A stretch of DNA of 63,722 nt, the filler included, from Candidatus Omnitrophota bacterium (GTDB taxonomy: Bacteria > Omnitrophota > Gorgyraeia > Zapsychrales > Zapsychraceae): assembly GCA_015233495.1 (NCBI GenBank). It is 4 parts of 4 records of this genome, joined end to end, with 100 filler letters (N's around TTAATTAATTAA, not from the genome) between each part and the next. Parts side by side here need not be neighbours in the genome. Positions count along the whole stretch, not along the records: positions 54,737 to 63,722 come from JADFXQ010000065.1; 3 more parts are not named here. One strand, written 5' to 3'. The position numbers and the translations under genes were made by a program. The notes beneath the pieces are model-generated. The model saw only the letters and a list, made by a program, of their open reading frames with translations. It had not been told where the DNA came from and searched no databases. Below are positions 59,265 through 63,722 of the stretch, piece by piece (position 1 is the first letter of the stretch; every line of letters starts with the position of its first letter).

Positions 59265-62200
59265 ATGTCTGATTTCGTCCATCTCCACGTGCACACCCAG
59301 TTCAGTCTGTTAGACGGAGCTTGCCTGATCGGCCCTTTGGTTAAAAAAGCCAAGGAATTGGAAATGCCGTCGGTCGCGATGACCGACCACGGCAATATGT
59401 TCGGCGCGGTTGACTTCTATTCCAAGGCGGTTGAGCAAGGCGTTAAACCAATCATTGGCTGTGAAACCTATCTTTTGCGCCGCGGCAGCCGCCTCGAGCG
59501 TCAGCCTAGCCAGCGTGACGAGCTTGGCCATCTTGTCATTTATGCCCGCGATAATCAAGGCTACCGCAATCTTTGCAAATTAACTTCCACCGCTTTTGTC
59601 GACGGGTTTTATTATCATCCCCGTCTGGACAAAGAGATTTTATCCCGCCATGCCTCGGGACTGATGGCGAGCTCGGCTTGTCTAAAAGGCGAGATTTGCC
59701 GGCAGTTGATCGACGGCAATTATCTGGCGGCGTTGAAATCCGCGGATGAATTCAAACAAATTTTCGGGGCGGATAATTTTTATATCGAATTGATGGACCA
59801 AGGCATTGACCTCCAACGTCAGGTTAATCCGGAATTGGTCAAAATCGCCCGGGAATTGAATTTGGCCGTAATCGCGACGAATGATGTCCATTATTTGAAA
59901 GCGGAGCACGCCGCGGCCCACGATATTTTGCTCTGCATCCAAACCCAGACGACAATCAATGAACCCAAGCGCCTGCGCCTTTCTTCGGACCAATTTTATT
60001 TTAAATCCGCCGAGGAGATGCAACGGCTTTTTGCCTGGGTCCCGGAAGCGGTAGCCAATACGGTCGCGTTCGCGGAAAAGATTTCCCTGAAAATGGAATT
60101 CGATAAAATTTATTTGCCAAAATTTACGCCTCCCGACGGACAGACGCGGGAGAGTTATATGCGCGGCCTCTGCGAGGAGAATTTGCGGGTCCGTTATGGA
60201 CAGGTCACGCCGGAAATCCGCAGCCGTTTGGATTATGAATTAACGGTCATTGAGAAAATGGGATTTGTCAGTTATTTTTTGATTGTCTGGGATTTTATTC
60301 ATTACGCGAAAAGCAAAGGGATCCCGGTGGGCCCGGGGCGCGGCTCTGCCGCCGGGAGTTTGGTCAGTTATCTCCTGGGAATTACGGATTTGGACCCTTT
60401 GCGCTATGGACTGATTTTTGAGCGGTTTCTCAATCCGGACCGCGCCGGGATGCCGGACATTGACATTGATTTTTGTTATGAACGCCGCGGCGAGGTGATT
60501 GAATACGTGACCGCCAAGTACGGCCAGAAAAATGTGGCGCAGATCATCACCTTTGGGACATTGCAAGCTAAAGGCGCGATCCGCGACGTGGGACGCGCGG
60601 TGGGCTTAGCTTACGCGGATGTGGATAAAATCGCGAAACTCGTGCCCGCGGAATTGAACATCACCATTGAAAGCGCCTTGGAAAAAGAACCGCGGTTAAA
60701 AGAATTGCGGGATACGGACGCGAACGCCGCCCAGGTTTTGGACACTGCCCGCACTCTGGAAGGTTTGAACCGGCACGCTTCAGTGCACGCCGCGGGCGTG
60801 GTGATCGCGGATAAGCCGCTGGATGAATATGTGCCGCTGTTTAAGACGTCAGAAGGCCAGATCACCACCGCCTACACCATGAACGGCATTGCCAAGATTG
60901 GTCTTTTAAAAATGGATTTTCTGGGATTGCGGACTTTGACCGTGATTGCCAATGCTGTCGTTTTGATTGAGAAAACCAAGGGCGTCAAGGTGGATATGGC
61001 CCGGGCGCCTTTAGACGATAAAAAGACATTCACCTTGTTAGGCAAAGCCTGGACGGCAGGCGTGTTTCAGTTAGAAAGCGCGGGGATGCGCGATCTGTTG
61101 CGCAAGGCCCAACCTTCGGTGTTTGAAGACTTGATCGCGATTTTAGCGCTTTATCGTCCCGGGCCCATGGGCAGCGGCATGTTGGAGGATTTTGTCAAAC
61201 GCAAACGCGGGGAATTGGTTTTTGAATATGATCATCCCAAGCTGGAGCCGGTTTTGAAGGATACTTACGGGATTATCATTTATCAGGAACAGGTCATGCA
61301 GATCCCGGTGGTTTTGGCGGGTTTCACGATGACTCAGGCGGATAATCTGCGTCGGGCAATGAGCAAAAAAATTCCGGCGGTCATGGATAAGATGCGCGCG
61401 CAGTTTATTGAAGGCTGTCAAAAATACAGCTCCATGGAAAGCCCGAAAGCCAACCGTTTGTTTGACTTGATCGATTATTTTTCCGGGTATGGGTTTAACC
61501 GCAGTCACTCGGCGGCTTATGCGGTGATTTCCTATCAGACCGCGTATTTGAAAGCGAATTATCCGACGGAATTCATGGCCGCGCTTTTGAACAGCGAATT
61601 GGGCGACGCGGATAAGGTAGTGGAATATACCCGGGAATGCGAGGTTTTGGGGATCAAGGTGTTGCCGCCGGATATCAGCGAGAGCGGAAAAACTTTTGCG
61701 GTGGTCGATAACGCGACGATTCGGTTTGGTTTGCTGGGGATCAAAAATGTGGGGGCGACCGCCATTGATTCTATCGTAGGGAAAAGGGAGCGTCCCTATG
61801 CGTCGCTGTTTGAAATGTGCGGCTGTTTGGATTTGCGCTTGGTCAATCGGAAAGTTTTGGAGAGTTTGATCAAAAGCGGGGCAATGGACAGCCTGCCAGG
61901 CAACCGCGCTCAGAAAATGGCAGTCTTGGACCGGGCTTTGGAAATCGGGAACAAAATCCAGCGGGAGCAGGCCACGGGGCAATTTTCGTTTTTTGACGGG
62001 CCGGGCACAGCGACGGGATTTGGGGAAGAGACGGAAAAACTGCCGGACATCAAGGAATGGCCCAAAAGTCAGGCTCTCGCCGGGGAAAAAGAAATGCTGG
62101 GGTTTTATGTGAGCGGACATCCCTTGGCGCATTATTACGCGGAGGTCAAGGATTTCACGGATATGACGATTAAAAAACTCACTCAAGCTATGGACGGCGA

Positions 62201-62693
62201 GGATACGCGGCTGGTTGGTCTGATCCAAAGCGTGAAATTGACCAGCACCAAAAAAACCGGCGAACGCATGGCCCTGATCACGATCGCGGACATGGACGGC
62301 ACAGTGGACGGAGTGGTTTTTCCGTCGGCGTATCAGGAATTGGCGGCATATTTGATTGAAGGCCAAGTGGTATTTATCAAAGGCAAGGTGGGCTTTCGCG
62401 ACGGCAAGCCGAATATTATTGTAGAGGATCTGCATTATATCCATGATATTTACAACGCGATCAAAGGCGTGAAATTAGATTTGCGTACTTTAAGCAACCC
62501 GCAAATGCAAGAGGTGAAAAACCGTTTGAAAACTTATTCGGGCGATGTCCCGGTTTATATTACCCTGAACACGCCGACCAAGAAAAATGTGGAAATCGTT
62601 GTCGGCAAAGACCTTTTCGTCCAGCCGAATGAAAATCTGTTCACGGAAATCAAGGCGATCGTGGGGGAAGGCAATCTGGCGTTTGTGTTTTAG
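59265..62693 (+). CDS. dnaE: DNA polymerase III alpha subunit
   Basis: HLHVHTQFSLLDG PHP domain, GRGSAAGS, MPDIDIDF, GYGFNRSH, OB fold. No intein. Confidence 0.98.
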   Translation: MSDFVHLHVHTQFSLLDGACLIGPLVKKAKELEMPSVAMTDHGNMFGAVDFYSKAVEQGVKPIIGCETYLLRRGSRLERQPSQRDELGHLVIYARDNQGYRNLCKLTSTAFVDGFYYHPRLDKEILSRHASGLMASSACLKGEICRQLIDGNYLAALKSADEFKQIFGADNFYIELMDQGIDLQRQVNPELVKIARELNLAVIATNDVHYLKAEHAAAHDILLCIQTQTTINEPKRLRLSSDQFYFKSAEEMQRLFAWVPEAVANTVAFAEKISLKMEFDKIYLPKFTPPDGQTRESYMRGLCEENLRVRYGQVTPEIRSRLDYELTVIEKMGFVSYFLIVWDFIHYAKSKGIPVGPGRGSAAGSLVSYLLGITDLDPLRYGLIFERFLNPDRAGMPDIDIDFCYERRGEVIEYVTAKYGQKNVAQIITFGTLQAKGAIRDVGRAVGLAYADVDKIAKLVPAELNITIESALEKEPRLKELRDTDANAAQVLDTARTLEGLNRHASVHAAGVVIADKPLDEYVPLFKTSEGQITTAYTMNGIAKIGLLKMDFLGLRTLTVIANAVVLIEKTKGVKVDMARAPLDDKKTFTLLGKAWTAGVFQLESAGMRDLLRKAQPSVFEDLIAILALYRPGPMGSGMLEDFVKRKRGELVFEYDHPKLEPVLKDTYGIIIYQEQVMQIPVVLAGFTMTQADNLRRAMSKKIPAVMDKMRAQFIEGCQKYSSMESPKANRLFDLIDYFSGYGFNRSHSAAYAVISYQTAYLKANYPTEFMAALLNSELGDADKVVEYTRECEVLGIKVLPPDISESGKTFAVVDNATIRFGLLGIKNVGATAIDSIVGKRERPYASLFEMCGCLDLRLVNRKVLESLIKSGAMDSLPGNRAQKMAVLDRALEIGNKIQREQATGQFSFFDGPGTATGFGEETEKLPDIKEWPKSQALAGEKEMLGFYVSGHPLAHYYAEVKDFTDMTIKKLTQAMDGEDTRLVGLIQSVKLTSTKKTGERMALITIADMDGTVDGVVFPSAYQELAAYLIEGQVVFIKGKVGFRDGKPNIIVEDLHYIHDIYNAIKGVKLDLRTLSNPQMQEVKNRLKTYSGDVPVYITLNTPTKKNVEIVVGKDLFVQPNENLFTEIKAIVGEGNLAFVF

Positions 62694-62769
62694 CAGGGGG
62701 CGTCTCTACACAGATCAACGATCTGGCGCGATCGCATAACGGGCGCTCCGACAAAATAGGAGGATTCAT

Positions 62770-63543
62770 ATGCCTCAAATTATCCGGTTTGTGATATTCG
62801 CGTTTATTTTATCTTCTGGGTTTTGCGGCACTCAACCCGCTTTTGCCGGCCGGACGATTCGGGTATTATTTTTAGGCAACAGTCTCACTTACGTCAATGA
62901 TCTGCCCGGCATGATTGCGGATCTGGCCAAGTCCCGTCATTTGAACATTGTCCATGAAATGTACGCGCCCGGCGGGTATCGTTTGGAACAGCATGCCGCG
63001 GACGCGCAGGCGCTCGCCAAAATCAAGCAAGGCGACTGGGATTTTGTCGTTCTTCAAGAACAGAGCCAGATGCCTGCCTTGTTGCCGGCGGAAGTCAGCA
63101 CGTTTGTCATGCCGGCAGCTCGGAAACTGCGCGAATTGATTCGTCAAGCCAACCCGCGGACGCGGGTTCTTTTCTATATGACCATGGCCAAGAAAAACGG
63201 CGACCCGCAATTTGCGGCGGAGCATCCGTACATGAAAACGTATGCCGGTATGCAGCAACGCATTAACAACACTTATCTGCTGATCGCGAAACACAACAAC
63301 GCCCGGGTTGCTCCGGTCGGAATGGCCTGGGAACGCGCCCGCGCCAACGACCCGTCGATTGAACTATACGCTGACGAAACCCATCCCAACCTGGCCGGAA
63401 CCTACCTCGCCGCCTGCGTGTTTTACGCCGCGCTCAACCAAGACACCCCCATCGGCCTGCCGCATCCGCCGGGGATCAATGACCAAACCGCCGCCTTTTT
63501 GCAAAAAATGGCGCTGGAAACAATCGAAGCCAATGCCTCGTGA
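62770..63543 (+). CDS. Secreted SGNH/GDSL-fold hydrolase-like protein
   Basis: Signal peptide, FLGNSLT, WDFVVLQEQS, APVG.AW, DETHP…G.Y. Confidence 0.85.
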   Translation: MPQIIRFVIFAFILSSGFCGTQPAFAGRTIRVLFLGNSLTYVNDLPGMIADLAKSRHLNIVHEMYAPGGYRLEQHAADAQALAKIKQGDWDFVVLQEQSQMPALLPAEVSTFVMPAARKLRELIRQANPRTRVLFYMTMAKKNGDPQFAAEHPYMKTYAGMQQRINNTYLLIAKHNNARVAPVGMAWERARANDPSIELYADETHPNLAGTYLAACVFYAALNQDTPIGLPHPPGINDQTAAFLQKMALETIEANAS

Positions 63544-63597
63544 GAATAAAGGTGACGTACCCCTATATCCACCTTCACATGTTGGGGATGTAATTTA

Positions 63598-63722
63598 GGG
63601 AACGGTCAATAGATCCTTACCCCCTTGATTCATAAGAACATGCTTCATGCGAAGCAATTTATCGAGATCAACAGGTGGTACCAAGAGCAGTTGTTGATTT
63701 AAGTCAGGTTTCTTTTCAAGAG
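63598..63722 (-). mobile_element. IS end, second copy
   Basis: Matches 47358-47478. Here the minus-strand frame ends …LLTVP-TAA using flanking bases. Confidence 0.75.

Noticed and set aside
61143..62444. 433-aa antisense ORF in dnaE (also 21335-22150, 58062-58628, 46556-47107, 30246-30863)
   Set aside because: These are shadow ORFs opposite well-supported genes and have no recognisable motifs.

Overview
The window is four contigs joined by artificial N44-TTAATTAATTAA-N44 spacers (23701-23800, 47479-47578, 54637-54736), so synteny across the spacers is not trustworthy. The DNA is bacterial. A Candidatus Omnitrophota origin is inferred, not proven, from a giant-protein-type C-terminus. Contig 1 (1-23700) is a PEP-CTERM/exosortase-exopolysaccharide locus. 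It has an IS4 end, an epimerase, a GT2 with a 7-bp tandem repeat, exosortase, EpsI and a PEP-CTERM protein. It also has a sigma54-driven priming sugar transferase that itself carries an internal PEP-CTERM sorting signal. Next come a divergent lipid-modifying cluster (N-acyl amino acid synthase, AMP-ACP-PlsC enzyme, ThiF, amidohydrolase, PaaK-like ligase, Lol-like exporter) and a TPR/GAF-kinase/sigma54-activator/PocR block. Contig 2 (23801-47478) is an accessory patchwork bounded by IS ends and punctuated by REP-doublet and MITE-like palindromes. It contains metal ABC genes, ADH, ppnP, GIY-YIG, Bro-N, a truncated RpoD paralog, two AbiE-type toxin-antitoxin loci, a radical SAM/SPASM pair, a murein-peptide recycling operon and a CheB-CheR kinase. 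A small island appears to be integrated in the 5' end of miaB. Contig 3 carries mscS-rsmE-DAHP synthase-M20-DUF3108-trpBA. Contig 4 carries a probable giant-protein C-terminus, guaB3, guaA, dnaE and an SGNH protein. No rRNA, tRNA or CRISPR array was seen. All family calls come from motif recognition by eye; no searches were run.
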